From an uncultured Bacilli bacterium (GTDB lineage Bacteria; Bacillota_I; Bacilli_A; RF39; UBA660): 64,000 nt of DNA. Positions 17,971 to 28,509 of the stretch are shown here, piece after piece; the stretch's first letter is position 1; the number at the start of each line of letters is the position of its first letter. Made by a program: the position numbers and the translations under genes. The notes beneath the pieces are model-generated. The model saw only the letters and a program-made list of their open reading frames with translations. It had not been told where the DNA came from and did no database searches. The DNA is taken from assembly GCA_947626095.1 (NCBI GenBank), contig CANQQV010000004.1:32001-96000 (forward strand), read 5' to 3'.

Positions 17971-18963
17971 TTATAACCAAACACCATATGTAATTGCTGC
18001 CATCGCTAAAAGTAAACCAACTACATAAAAGACTTTAACTATGTCACCTTCTGACCAACCAAGTTGTTCAAAATGATGATGTAATGGTGCCATTCTAAAT
18101 ATTCTTTTCTTAAAATAAATAATTGATATCATTTGAATTAATGATGATAAAGTTTCAACTACAAACACACCACCAACTAATGCTAATGAAAGTTCATGCT
18201 TCGTTAAAATAGCTGTTGCTGCTAATGCTCCACCTAAAGCTAACGAACCAGTATCTCCCATAAATATTCTAGCCGGATGAGAGTTAAAGAATAAGAAGCC
18301 TAATAAAGTTCCAACTAAGACAAAGCAGAATATTGCAACCTCTTGATTACCAATCATCCATTTAGCATTCATGGCAAGCATTCCATAAGCTAAAAACGCA
18401 ATAGCTGATAAACCAGCTGCTAAACCATCTAAACCATCTGTTATATTAACCGCATTAGATGTTCCAACTAACAAGAATAAAATAAATAAGCCATAAAACC
18501 ATCTTAAATCAATATCTAAACCTAAAGCTGATATCTCCAAAGTAGGGGAACCACCATTAGTAATATATATATAGAAAAATACTAATGCTATTGCTGTTTG
18601 ACACAATAACTTAAATAAAATACTTAATCCTTCATTATTATGAAACTTAAGTTTTACAAAGTCATCAGCAAAACCTAAAGCCCCATAACTAGCAAAAACA
18701 ATTAAAATAATTTGTAAGTTATAAGATAGTTCAATACTACCTTTAAATTTTAAAAGGAGTAGAGTAACAATTGTTGGAATTATAAATATTACTCCCCCTA
18801 AAGTCGGTGTTCCATTTTTCTTTAAATGTCTTTCGCCAATTGTTGTACTAACATTTTGTCCAATTCTTAATCTTTTTAATATAGGTATTAATACCAGCCC
18901 AGCAATAATTGAAAGAATAAACCCAAGCATCATCGCCATTGCTGCCTTTGCCAAAACGAGCAT
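17971..18963 (-). CDS. mraY: Phospho-N-acetylmuramoyl-pentapeptide transferase
   Basis: K.GTPTLGG, GFADD, NAVNITDGLDGL, FMGDTGS, MAPLHHHFE; ATG 18963 has GAGGTG RBS. Confidence 0.96.
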   Translation of the reverse strand: MLVLAKAAMAMMLGFILSIIAGLVLIPILKRLRIGQNVSTTIGERHLKKNGTPTLGGVIFIIPTIVTLLLLKFKGSIELSYNLQIILIVFASYGALGFADDFVKLKFHNNEGLSILFKLLCQTAIALVFFYIYITNGGSPTLEISALGLDIDLRWFYGLFILFLLVGTSNAVNITDGLDGLAAGLSAIAFLAYGMLAMNAKWMIGNQEVAIFCFVLVGTLLGFLFFNSHPARIFMGDTGSLALGGALAATAILTKHELSLALVGGVFVVETLSSLIQMISIIYFKKRIFRMAPLHHHFEQLGWSEGDIVKVFYVVGLLLAMAAITYGVWL

Positions 18964-19049
18964 AAAAACACCTCTTTCTATCAAAAATTATACTACAAAA
19001 CATATTATTTAAGTTTAGCAAAGTATAAAATTGACATATTTATAGACAA

Positions 19050-20954
19050 TTAATCTAACATTATTTTTATTGTTCCATTTTCTTTAATATATATGTCTGG
19101 TTCTGGATCTTGATAAATAATTTTATCCCCACTACCATTATATTCAACTTTAAACCCTTTAAGTAGGGAAGTAGCTTCCTTTTTAGTAAGCCCCACAACA
19201 TTAGGGGCTTTAACATATTTAGTATCTAACCAAGTATATTCCCTTGGTGTTACTTCACTTGCTGGTTTAATATTTCTAATACTTATAATATTTTTCATTA
19301 TTGCTTTAGCAATAGGTGCAGAAACCGTTCCGCCATACTGGGTAATTCCCTTTGGATTATCAATAGCGACATATACGACATAATCAGGTTTATCCGCGGG
19401 AAAAAATCCCATAAATGAAACAATGTAATTACCGCTCATGTATGTTCCGTTATTTACTTTTTGCGCTGTTCCTGTCTTACCACCAACACGATAATTTTCA
19501 ATATAAGCATTTTTACCAGTTCCATTTGCTACAACACTTTCTAAAGTATATCTAACTAATTTCGATGTTTCTTCACTAATTACTTGTCTTACTTTAGTCG
19601 TCTTATTTTCTAAAATAATTGTTTCCGTTTCTGGTTCCGTAATATATTTAACGACATATGGTTTATTTAAAATACCGCCATTAATCGCCGCTGATACTCC
19701 TGTTACTTGTTGAATAGGGGTTACACTTATTCCTTGACCAAAAGAAATTGTCGCTTGTTCAACTGGTCCAATATTCTTTTTATTAAACATTATTCCTTTA
19801 CTTTCACCATTTAAATCAATTCCCGTTTTATCCATAAAGCCAAAATTCTTCACATAGTTATATAATCGATTAGTCCCAAGCCTTTGCCCCATAACTACAA
19901 AGCCTGGATTACAAGAATTCTCAACTACCTGTAAGAAAGTTTCTGCTCCATGTCCTCCAGCTTTCCAACACTTAATCCTCGCTCCTTCAACATTTATTCC
20001 GCCACCATCATAATAAGTATCTGTAAATAAATTAACTGTCTTTTCTTCTAAAGATGCTGCAAGCGTAAGGATTTTAAAAGTTGAACCAGGTTCATAGTTT
20101 TTCCATATTGGTAAATTTCGATTAATTGTTTCTAAATCATAATCTTGATAATTATTTGCATCAAAAGTAGGTCTTGAACCCATTGCTAGTATTTCCCCAG
20201 TATTTGGATCCATCACAATTGCTAAAGCTGATTCTGGATTATACTTACTTGTAGCATTAGCTAATTCTTTTTCTAATGCTAGTTGAATATCAATATCAAT
20301 TGTTAAAGTAATATCCATTCCATTCTGTGCTTGTTCGTATACTTCTAAATTATTTAATCTATTACCTTTACCATCCGAAGTATACTTAATTGAACCATCT
20401 TTACCTGTTAAATAGTCATCATACTTTAACTCTAAGCCAGATAATCCTTGATTATCAATCCCTACATAACCTAAAACATGCGCTAGTACTTCATTATAAG
20501 GATAATACCTTTTAGCTTCTTTCATTAAATATAAACCATCAATATTAAGACTATTTATCTTATCCGCCGTTTCACTATCTAGTTGTCTTCCTTCCGGATT
20601 AACTTTTTCTAAAGACGTTCTTTTAGTTAAATGCTTTAATATATCATCATACGAAGCATCAAGTATTTCACTTAATTTCTTCGCTGTATCTTCTTTATCT
20701 TTTATTTGATTAGGTACTACATATAACGTTGTTGTTGTAATATTAGTCGCTAAAACTTTACCATTACGATCTAATATCTTTCCGCGATCAGCTGTAATCG
20801 GTAAATTTCGCTGCCACAATGAATTAGCTAAATCATTAAGTTTATTATAACTAAATACTTGTATCCAAAATATTCTCCCTAAGATAATTAATAAAATACA
20901 ACTAATTCCTATAAAAACAATTTTAATTCTTACTTGCTTATCTTTAATAAACAT
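19050..20954 (-). CDS. spoVD: Class B PBP, SpoVD-like, with PASTA domain
   Basis: RGKILDRNG, EPGSTFK, SCN, KTGTAQK; IKCWKAGGHGAETFLQVVENSCNPGF typical of SpoVD; upstream CATATTAT mother-cell-type -10. Confidence 0.85.
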   Translation of the reverse strand: MFIKDKQVRIKIVFIGISCILLIILGRIFWIQVFSYNKLNDLANSLWQRNLPITADRGKILDRNGKVLATNITTTTLYVVPNQIKDKEDTAKKLSEILDASYDDILKHLTKRTSLEKVNPEGRQLDSETADKINSLNIDGLYLMKEAKRYYPYNEVLAHVLGYVGIDNQGLSGLELKYDDYLTGKDGSIKYTSDGKGNRLNNLEVYEQAQNGMDITLTIDIDIQLALEKELANATSKYNPESALAIVMDPNTGEILAMGSRPTFDANNYQDYDLETINRNLPIWKNYEPGSTFKILTLAASLEEKTVNLFTDTYYDGGGINVEGARIKCWKAGGHGAETFLQVVENSCNPGFVVMGQRLGTNRLYNYVKNFGFMDKTGIDLNGESKGIMFNKKNIGPVEQATISFGQGISVTPIQQVTGVSAAINGGILNKPYVVKYITEPETETIILENKTTKVRQVISEETSKLVRYTLESVVANGTGKNAYIENYRVGGKTGTAQKVNNGTYMSGNYIVSFMGFFPADKPDYVVYVAIDNPKGITQYGGTVSAPIAKAIMKNIISIRNIKPASEVTPREYTWLDTKYVKAPNVVGLTKKEATSLLKGFKVEYNGSGDKIIYQDPEPDIYIKENGTIKIMLD

Positions 20955-21060
20955 CTAATCACCACTAAATAATATGATAAAAATAAATATTTAAACACTT
21001 CCAAGATTGAATATAAAACTATAATTTGCTAAAATGTTATAGTAGCAAGGAAGTGATTAA

Positions 21061-22260
21061 ATGAAGAAAATAATTTATTCTATAATCTTATTCTTTATTT
21101 TTATTACTCCTTTAAAAGCTAAAGAACTACCAGTCGATGTAACTGCTGATGCTGTTGTCTTAATGAATGCTCAAACTAAGCAAGTAGTTTATGAAAAAAA
21201 TCCTGATAAAAAAGAAATAATGGCTAGTTTAACTAAACTAATGACCGCCTATACAGCCATGAATCGTATTAAAAATTTAGATCAAAAAATTACTATTAAA
21301 CAAGCAGATATCTATAATTTATGGGGATATACAGTTTGTGGCTTAGAAGTAGGAGACAAAGTAACTTATCGTGATTTACTATATGGCGCCTTACTAAAAT
21401 CTGGCGCTGATGCTGCTTTAACTTTAGCTAACCACATTGGTGGTAATGAAGAAAACTTTGTTAAATTAATGAATGAAGATGCTGCCTCATTAGGTATGAT
21501 AAATACTCATTTTGCTGATTCTTATGGTGGTAAAGAAGAAAATATTTCGACTGCTCGTGAAATGGCTTTATTTTTAAAAATAGCCTTAAATAATAAAGAC
21601 TTTAAAAAAATCTTTGGTACTAGAACTTATCATATGACTAATGGTCTAGAAGTTATTAATTATACAAGTGCTATTGAAACCTTCCATGGCCTAGATACCA
21701 GTCTTCTAACTGGTAATAAATCTGGTTTTACTTTACCAGCTGGTTTATTACTAGCTTCAACTGCCAAAATAAATGGTATCGAATATATTTTAATTGTCTG
21801 TAAGTCTGAAGTTAATTCTTATTATAGTACAGCTATTGTCGAAACTCATAAAATATATGATTATGTTAGTACCCAAAAATTCATTGAAAAAACAATTATT
21901 CCTAAAGGGACAATATTAAAAACCATTAATGTTGAAGGTGGTACAACTAGTGAATATGCCGCCATAGCTGATGAAGATATCAAAGCCACCATCTTAGAAA
22001 CTGACCAAGATAAAATAACTTATGACTATAATTTAACTGATACTATTACAAATGAAAATAAAATAGGGGATAACCTCGGTTATATTGATGTCCTAGTTGA
22101 TGGTAACATCATTTATACTTATAATATTTATTTAACTGATAATATCTTCTATGAACACGAATCTCATACCATTATTTTAATTTTTGTTGGTTTAGCTCTT
22201 ATCATAATTATTCTCTTTAGTGTTAATATTTTAAATAAACCTAAGAAATCGAAAAAGTAA
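21061..22260 (+). CDS. D-alanyl-D-alanine carboxypeptidase (peptidase S11), second paralogue
   Basis: MASLTK, SGAD, KSGFT, C-terminal TM. Confidence 0.9.
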   Translation: MKKIIYSIILFFIFITPLKAKELPVDVTADAVVLMNAQTKQVVYEKNPDKKEIMASLTKLMTAYTAMNRIKNLDQKITIKQADIYNLWGYTVCGLEVGDKVTYRDLLYGALLKSGADAALTLANHIGGNEENFVKLMNEDAASLGMINTHFADSYGGKEENISTAREMALFLKIALNNKDFKKIFGTRTYHMTNGLEVINYTSAIETFHGLDTSLLTGNKSGFTLPAGLLLASTAKINGIEYILIVCKSEVNSYYSTAIVETHKIYDYVSTQKFIEKTIIPKGTILKTINVEGGTTSEYAAIADEDIKATILETDQDKITYDYNLTDTITNENKIGDNLGYIDVLVDGNIIYTYNIYLTDNIFYEHESHTIILIFVGLALIIIILFSVNILNKPKKSKK

Positions 22261-22318
22261 TATTTTAAAAATATTATTTTTTTTATCGCCCATTAATATT
22301 ATTTAATAGGTGATTAAG

Positions 22319-23410
22319 ATGAAAATCGATAAAGTCTTATTATTTTCCACGATTCTTTTAATTCTATTTGGTATTATCATGGTCTATTCTTCTAGTAATG
22401 TTTGGGCTTTATATAAGTATAATGATGCTTTTAAGTATGCTAAAGCCCAATTCATCTTTTTTCTTATTGGTTTATTTCTTATTTATTTTATAATCAAAAT
22501 CAATCCTCATCTTTACGAAAAATACGCCAATAAAATCTTACTATTATGTTTTAATTTACTAGTTTTAGTCTTAATTCCAGGTATTGGTAAAGTAAGAAAT
22601 GGTTCTCGTAGTTGGTTTGGTCTAGGTCCTTTAGGTATTCAACCATCTGAATTTTCTAAACTTGGTTTAATAATCTATACTTCTAAATATCTAGCTCATA
22701 ATAATAAAGATATTAAAGATATCAAAAAAGGTTTATTGCCCTTATTTCTTATTATTTGTTTATTCTTTCTTTTAATTATGCTCGAACCCGACTTTGGTAC
22801 AGCGATGGTTATTATTTTAACTTTAATCGGCTTAATATATATATCAGGCCCTAAACTTGGTTTCTTTATTAAAATTGGTTTTATTGGTTTAATCGGTATT
22901 GTTATTCTAATCGCTATCGCCCCATATCGTTTACAAAGAATAATATCTTATTTAAATCCGTGGAGTGATCCTTTAGGAGCCGGTTTTCAAATAATTCAAA
23001 GCCTATATGCCATCGGCCCATCTAGTTTACTAGGTCAAGGCTTTGGCAATTCCATTCAAAAAAATTTCTATCTTCCTGAGCCTCAAACTGATTTTATCTT
23101 TAGTATTATTGCCGAAGAATTTGGTTTTCTTGGTGTCTTCTTTGTTATTAGTTTATTCTTTATTATTTTTTATCGCTCGATTAAAATTGCTTTAAATGAA
23201 AATGACTTATTTAAAAAGTACTTAGCTTTTGGTTTATCATTTGGTTTAATTCTTCAAGTTATCTTAAATATCTTAGTTGTTACTGGTACTATTCCCACAA
23301 CTGGTATTACGTGCGTCTTTCTATCATATGGTGGAAGTAGTTTACTCGTTAGTATGATTTCCATCGGTCTTATTTTAGCTATTAGTAATAAAGATTATAT
23401 GTTAAAATAA
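22319..23410 (+). CDS. spoVE: SEDS protein, SpoVE-like
   Basis: MVYSSS.VWA.Y, RNGSRSW.G.G...IQPSEF.K, PWSDPLG.GFQIIQSLYAIGP, YLPEPQTDFIF. Confidence 0.8.
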   Translation: MKIDKVLLFSTILLILFGIIMVYSSSNVWALYKYNDAFKYAKAQFIFFLIGLFLIYFIIKINPHLYEKYANKILLLCFNLLVLVLIPGIGKVRNGSRSWFGLGPLGIQPSEFSKLGLIIYTSKYLAHNNKDIKDIKKGLLPLFLIICLFFLLIMLEPDFGTAMVIILTLIGLIYISGPKLGFFIKIGFIGLIGIVILIAIAPYRLQRIISYLNPWSDPLGAGFQIIQSLYAIGPSSLLGQGFGNSIQKNFYLPEPQTDFIFSIIAEEFGFLGVFFVISLFFIIFYRSIKIALNENDLFKKYLAFGLSFGLILQVILNILVVTGTIPTTGITCVFLSYGGSSLLVSMISIGLILAISNKDYMLK

Positions 23411-23432
23411 AAAAAGAAAAGGAGTTATAACT

Positions 23433-24011
23433 ATGAAATTAACTTTAGCCAGTACTTCGAAATATAAAAGAAATATCTTAGATCGTGTTATGTTAAAACA
23501 TGATAGTATTAAACCACTATGTGATGAAATATCTGATAAACAAGACCCATATGAATATTGTATGGATATCGCTAAACAAAAAATTTTAAGTATCGAAAAT
23601 GAAATAAAAGAAGGAATTATTATCGCTTTAGATTGTATCGTTTTAATTAATAATAAAGTATGTGAAAAACCAGCTTCTTTACAAGAAGCCAAAGAAAACC
23701 TAAAATTATGTTCTAATAATTCTTCTAAAGTAGTTACGGGAATTGCTATTAAAAATCAAGAAACCAACGAATTAGTTTTAGATTACCAAGAATCAACCGT
23801 CTACTTTAAAACTATCATTGATGAAGACATTGACTTTTATCTATCCCATGAAGAGGATATTTTAGAATCAGCTGGTTTTATAATTGAAAACGTTGCTTCT
23901 AATTTTATCGATCATATTGATGGCAGCTTCTATAACGTATTAGGTGTACCTGTTGAAAAAATATATACAATATTAAATAAAATGGATATCTATTTAAAAG
24001 ATCTTAATTAG
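23433..24011 (+). CDS. Maf family nucleotide pyrophosphatase (divergent)
   Basis: LASTS, D.IV....EKP....EA...L, G.FYNVLGVP. Confidence 0.85.
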   Translation: MKLTLASTSKYKRNILDRVMLKHDSIKPLCDEISDKQDPYEYCMDIAKQKILSIENEIKEGIIIALDCIVLINNKVCEKPASLQEAKENLKLCSNNSSKVVTGIAIKNQETNELVLDYQESTVYFKTIIDEDIDFYLSHEEDILESAGFIIENVASNFIDHIDGSFYNVLGVPVEKIYTILNKMDIYLKDLN

Positions 24012-24036
24012 TTTTTTATAAAATGTTAAGAAGAAT

Positions 24037-24065
24037 TTGACATATTCCTTATATAGTACTATAAT
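24037..24065 (+). promoter_or_regulatory. Consensus SigA promoter
   Basis: TTGACA-17-TATAAT just before the riboswitch. Confidence 0.85.
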
Positions 24066-24071
24066 CTAGCC

Positions 24072-24160
24072 TACAGAAAAGGGAGTAGTTCTCGTATATA
24101 TACGATATAATTCGTCATATCGACATTGTCCGGATTATATTTAAAAGAACAAGACTTTTA
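24072..24160 (+). ncRNA. yybP-ykoY manganese riboswitch aptamer
   Basis: AAAAGGGAGUAGUUC ... CGUCAUAUC ... GAACAAGACUUUU with P1/P1.1, a P2 hairpin (UCGUAU/AUACGA) and P3 (AUAUAAU/AUUAUAU) in the four-way-junction layout. Confidence 0.8.
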
Positions 24161-24183
24161 TGATAAGTAAAAGTCTTGTTTTT
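24148..24183 (+). terminator. Riboswitch expression-platform terminator
   Basis: AACAAGACTTTTA-TGATAAG-TAAAAGTCTTGTT plus T run; left arm overlaps the aptamer 3' strand. Confidence 0.8.
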
Positions 24184-24252
24184 AATTGCCAAAACTTCTT
24201 TCTTATCATTTAAGTCGTAACTTTTCTGCAAATAGAAAAGGAAGTGTTTTAA

Positions 24253-24846
24253 ATGAAAGAAAAAGTAATCTTAAAAAGTACTCATCCAGAAGAATATGGG
24301 GATTTAGTTATTGAATGTCGTGTAATCCCTAATGAAGAAATCGGTGCTTATCTAGCTACAATAAGTGACGATAAAAAACAAGTAGCATATAAGAAAGGAA
24401 AAGTTAGTGCTCGTTATGGTACTCCAGGTGAAGTAGTTCATACTGTTTTAAAAACAATAGTTGATGGCCGTGAATATATTTTAAGTGAAGAAACAGCTCC
24501 AGTTGCTGCAAGACCAGATGAAGATGGTACATTAATTCCAGATGTTGTTGTTAAAAATATTTCAAGCACATCAAATGAAGAATATGTTGTTAAAGCAAGT
24601 AAATTTGTTAAAATGTATTATCAAGACGGTGAAGAATATGTTCCTGAATGTGAACCTCGTTTATTAACGGAAGTACCTGAAGACGTAATTATCATCACTT
24701 CATGGGGTGCTAAAGCAATTTGTTTAAAAGGTAGTTTTATTGTTACTTATAATGCTGAAGCCAATGATTACAACACTCTTGAACAAGGTGCTTATAAGTC
24801 TACTTATGTCAAAGTAGAAGACAGCCCTAAAATTACTTTATCTTAA
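24253..24846 (+). CDS. Soluble hypothetical protein with internal tandem duplication (PGDYG-like)
   Basis: YKK..V.A, EEYVV...KF..MY and SWG......G..IV.....DY......Y..TY; no TM segment. Confidence 0.7.
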   Translation: MKEKVILKSTHPEEYGDLVIECRVIPNEEIGAYLATISDDKKQVAYKKGKVSARYGTPGEVVHTVLKTIVDGREYILSEETAPVAARPDEDGTLIPDVVVKNISSTSNEEYVVKASKFVKMYYQDGEEYVPECEPRLLTEVPEDVIIITSWGAKAICLKGSFIVTYNAEANDYNTLEQGAYKSTYVKVEDSPKITLS

Positions 24847-24958
24847 AATAACTTAATCAGGTTTAAACCTGATTTTATTTTTATTATTTTACTCTCTAAA
24901 AAATTTGACAACAAAACTATTAAAGAATATAATCTAAGCTATAAACGGAGGGTTTATA

Positions 24959-25993
24959 ATGGGAATTAAAGAATTAAAAGAAAAAGCATCTGCAAAAACA
25001 TTCTTAACTGGTGCCGCTAAGGTTGCAACTACTACAACTTTAATTGCTGCATTACTAGTTGGTGCTCCAACAGTTGCTCATGCTGATGTTCCTGCTAGCG
25101 ATATTATCGCTGATGCCGAAACATGGGAAAACAGAAGTGAAATTAAAGCTCAAGATGGAACTGATGTTAGAAATTATTTCGAAGGTTATAATCGTTATGG
25201 CGAATCATATGTAACTGAAGAAGAAATTAGAAAGGCTATTGAATTATCAAATGCATTAAACGCTTATTATTTATCTCCACTATATTATACAAATACTACT
25301 AAAAATGAAGTATTATCATTAGATATAGATGGTATATATAACTATTATCAAGATCGTGTTAATCATAATCGTAGTAGTGAATTCCTTGACAATAATCTAG
25401 AAAATAAACCAGCTATTGATGCTTATACTTTATTTGCTTGTGGTACCTTATCTAGAAATCTTAAAAATGAACTAGCTTCTAATGTTTATAGCATTATAAG
25501 TAGTGAATATGGTAGTGCTGTAACATATCCTACAATAATTGTTAATAGTAATGAAGCATATGCTATTTTTACAATTAATGGTACTATTCAAAAAGTTAAT
25601 TTATATGGTGACTTAATTGATAGTATTAAAGCTAATTGTTCGTCTTTAGATTATAGATACAATACTGGTATAAATAATCTATCTGGCTATAGTGATAATT
25701 ATGAGAATTCTTTTGCTTATAATGGTGTTGATCGCTATACTAGTGAATCAGTATGGTTATCATTTCCTGATGATGAACGTAAAACAGATCTTACTACAGC
25801 CTTAAATCTAAGTGCTATTATGGTTAATTCTGACAATTATGATTTCACAATGGATGCTTATAACAGTGCTACATCTTTATCACAATATGAAAAAGATGAA
25901 CTAAGAAAAATGGGCTATAGTAGAGATGCTTTAAGATATGCAACTGAAAGAAATGCTTATCTAAACGCTGTTCCTACACTTCAATATAAATAA
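24959..25993 (+). CDS. Secreted hypothetical protein
   Basis: Signal peptide ending AHA-D; own TTGACA-17-TATAAT promoter. Confidence 0.75.
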   Translation: MGIKELKEKASAKTFLTGAAKVATTTTLIAALLVGAPTVAHADVPASDIIADAETWENRSEIKAQDGTDVRNYFEGYNRYGESYVTEEEIRKAIELSNALNAYYLSPLYYTNTTKNEVLSLDIDGIYNYYQDRVNHNRSSEFLDNNLENKPAIDAYTLFACGTLSRNLKNELASNVYSIISSEYGSAVTYPTIIVNSNEAYAIFTINGTIQKVNLYGDLIDSIKANCSSLDYRYNTGINNLSGYSDNYENSFAYNGVDRYTSESVWLSFPDDERKTDLTTALNLSAIMVNSDNYDFTMDAYNSATSLSQYEKDELRKMGYSRDALRYATERNAYLNAVPTLQYK

Positions 25994-26044
25994 TTGAATT
26001 ACTAGTATATTTATTGTATTATATTGAATAAGGAAGTGATGATT

Positions 26045-26113
26045 ATGTTAAAAACTAATTATTTAATATCTTCATCTCTACTTATATTTAAGACTTATTA
26101 TCTTTCGTGGTAA
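26045..26113 (+). CDS. Putative leader peptide (22 aa) upstream of pyrH
   Basis: AAGGAAGTGA RBS; MLKTNYLISSSLLIFKTYYLSW; stop codon lies in the terminator stem. Confidence 0.55.
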   Translation: MLKTNYLISSSLLIFKTYYLSW

Positions 26114-26126
26114 TAAGTCTTTTTTT
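26090..26126 (+). terminator. Attenuator-like terminator between promoter and pyrH
   Basis: AAGACTTATTA-10nt-TAATAAGTCTT plus T run directly abutting the pyrH GGAGG RBS. Confidence 0.75.
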
Positions 26127-26137
26127 GGAGGAAAAAA

Positions 26138-26848
26138 ATGAAATATGAAAGAATATTATTAAAACTAAGTGGTGAGTCTTTAGCTGGTTCTAAAGGAACA
26201 GGCATTGACTTTGAAAGAGTATTAGATATCTGTCGTGAAATAAAAGAAATAGTCACTTTAGGGGTTGAAGTTGGTATCGTTGTCGGTGGTGGCAACTTCT
26301 GGCGTGGTCGTAGTAACCAGCAAATGGATCGCTGTACTTCTGATTATATTGGTATGTTAGGTACTACTATGAATGCTCTAGCAATTGGTGATGCTTTTAA
26401 ACAATTAAATGTTCCCGTAAGAGTTCAAACTGGTGTTGAAATGCGTCAAATAGCTGAATACTATATTAAAGATCGTGCTTTAAAACATCTAAGTAATAAT
26501 CGTGTTGTTGTCTTCGGTTGTGGAACTGGTTCACCATTCTTTAGTACCGATACAGCTGCCGCCTTACGTGCTGCCGAAATAAATGCTAATGCCTTACTAA
26601 AAGCTACTAATGTTGATGCTATTTATGATAAAGATCCTAAAAAGTATTCTGATGCTAAAAAGATTAACGAAATAACCTATCTTGAAGTCTTAAATCAAAA
26701 GCTAAATGTCATGGATACTACAGCCACATCATTATGTATGGATAATGACATCCCAATAATCGTTTTTGATATTAATAAAAAAGGCAATTTAAATAAAGTT
26801 GTTAATGGCGAAAAAATCGGTACTGTTGTAACTAATAAAGAGAAGTAA
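26138..26848 (+). CDS. pyrH: Uridylate kinase
   Basis: [41 protein letters not shown]. Confidence 0.97.
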   Translation: MKYERILLKLSGESLAGSKGTGIDFERVLDICREIKEIVTLGVEVGIVVGGGNFWRGRSNQQMDRCTSDYIGMLGTTMNALAIGDAFKQLNVPVRVQTGVEMRQIAEYYIKDRALKHLSNNRVVVFGCGTGSPFFSTDTAAALRAAEINANALLKATNVDAIYDKDPKKYSDAKKINEITYLEVLNQKLNVMDTTATSLCMDNDIPIIVFDINKKGNLNKVVNGEKIGTVVTNKEK

Positions 26849-26900
26849 TACTTCTTTTTTATTTTAAATATGATAAAATAGTGTAAGTAGGGTGATAAGT

Positions 26901-28451
26901 ATGCTTAGATTAGACAATATAAAAGTATATCGTGATATCGAAGATAATGAACTAGTAAGAAGAACATTACTTAAAAATTGGATTGAACTAGAAGATGTCT
27001 TAAGTGCTAATATTGTTCGCAAATCTATTGATGCACGTGATAAAAAGAATGTCCATTATACTTACGCTATTGACTTTGAGGTTAAAGACGAAACTAAATA
27101 TCCTAAATTTAAACATATTGACTACCCCGAAGAAGAACCAATTGTTAAAAGACGAAAATCTAATTATAAACCAATTATCGTTGGTTCCGGTCCCGCCGGT
27201 TTATTCTGTGCTTTAACCTTAGTTGATAATGGCTACGAACCAATTATCATTGAACAAGGTTCTAAAGTAGATGAACGAATGAAATATGTTAATGAATATC
27301 GTGAAACTGGTAAAATAAACGAACTATGTAACGTCCAATTTGGTGAAGGTGGCGCAGGTACTTTTTCCGATGGTAAATTAACTACCGGTATTAGTTCACC
27401 ATATATTAAAAAAGTTCTAAATTATTTCTATAAATTTGGTGCTCCCAAAGAAATTTTATATTCTAATAAACCCCATATTGGTACTGATAATTTAGTTGAA
27501 ATATTAAAAAATATTCGTTCATATATTGAATCTAAAGGTGGTAAATACTACTTTAACAATAAATTAACTAATATTCAAAAAGGGGAAAATCTAATTAAAG
27601 TTATCTGTAATAAAAATGAGTTTATTACTGATACCTTAGTTTTAGCTATAGGTCATAGCGCTCGCGATACCTATAAAATGTTATTAGAAAATAAATTAAA
27701 TATTGAAAGAAAAAACTTCTCTGTTGGTGTTCGTATTGAACATAAACAAGATTTTATCAATGAAGCTCAATATGGCACAATAACTGAGCTTCAATTACCA
27801 CCAGCTGAATATAAATTTGTTTATCACGGACCAAAACGCAGTTGCTATACATTCTGTATGTGCCCAGGAGGCGAAGTTATTGCTTCTGCTTCTACTAACG
27901 AATCAATTGTCACAAACGGTATGTCTACATATAAAAGAGATAAAGAAAATGCTAATAGTGCTTTACTAGTTAATGTTTTGACTACTGATTTCAAAGGTAA
28001 TGACCCATTAGCTGGTATGTACTTCCAAGAAGAGCTAGAACATAAAGCTTATATTTTAGGTGGAGCTAATAACAACGCCCCAGTTCAAAGAGTTGAAGAC
28101 TTTTTAAACAATGTACCTAGTACAAAAATAGGTGATGTTATTCCGTCATATAAACCAGGATATACTTTATGTAATTTAAATGATATATTACCTGAATTTA
28201 TCTCTAGTACTTTAAAAGAAGGCATCTTATCATTTGATAAAAAATTAAAAGGTTTTGCTAATCCTGATGCTATTTTAACTGGCGTTGAAACAAGATCATC
28301 ATCCCCAGTTACAATCGTTAGAAACGAAGATTTAATGTCCAATATTGAAGGTATATATCCATGTGGTGAAGGAGCAGGATACGCTGGTGGTATTACATCC
28401 GCCGCTGTTGATGGTATTAAAGTGGCTATAAAAATTATTGAAAAAGCCTAA
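26901..28451 (+). CDS. FAD-dependent oxidoreductase (uncharacterised conserved family)
   Basis: GSGPAG, QFGEGGAGTFSDGKL, TFCMCPGG, VETRSSSP, GEGAGYAGGI.SAA.DG. Confidence 0.88.
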   Translation: MLRLDNIKVYRDIEDNELVRRTLLKNWIELEDVLSANIVRKSIDARDKKNVHYTYAIDFEVKDETKYPKFKHIDYPEEEPIVKRRKSNYKPIIVGSGPAGLFCALTLVDNGYEPIIIEQGSKVDERMKYVNEYRETGKINELCNVQFGEGGAGTFSDGKLTTGISSPYIKKVLNYFYKFGAPKEILYSNKPHIGTDNLVEILKNIRSYIESKGGKYYFNNKLTNIQKGENLIKVICNKNEFITDTLVLAIGHSARDTYKMLLENKLNIERKNFSVGVRIEHKQDFINEAQYGTITELQLPPAEYKFVYHGPKRSCYTFCMCPGGEVIASASTNESIVTNGMSTYKRDKENANSALLVNVLTTDFKGNDPLAGMYFQEELEHKAYILGGANNNAPVQRVEDFLNNVPSTKIGDVIPSYKPGYTLCNLNDILPEFISSTLKEGILSFDKKLKGFANPDAILTGVETRSSSPVTIVRNEDLMSNIEGIYPCGEGAGYAGGITSAAVDGIKVAIKIIEKA

Positions 28452-28509
28452 AAAATTTGCCAAATATTAGAATTTAAGCTAAAATAAAAAACAACTTAGG
28501 GGGCTTACT

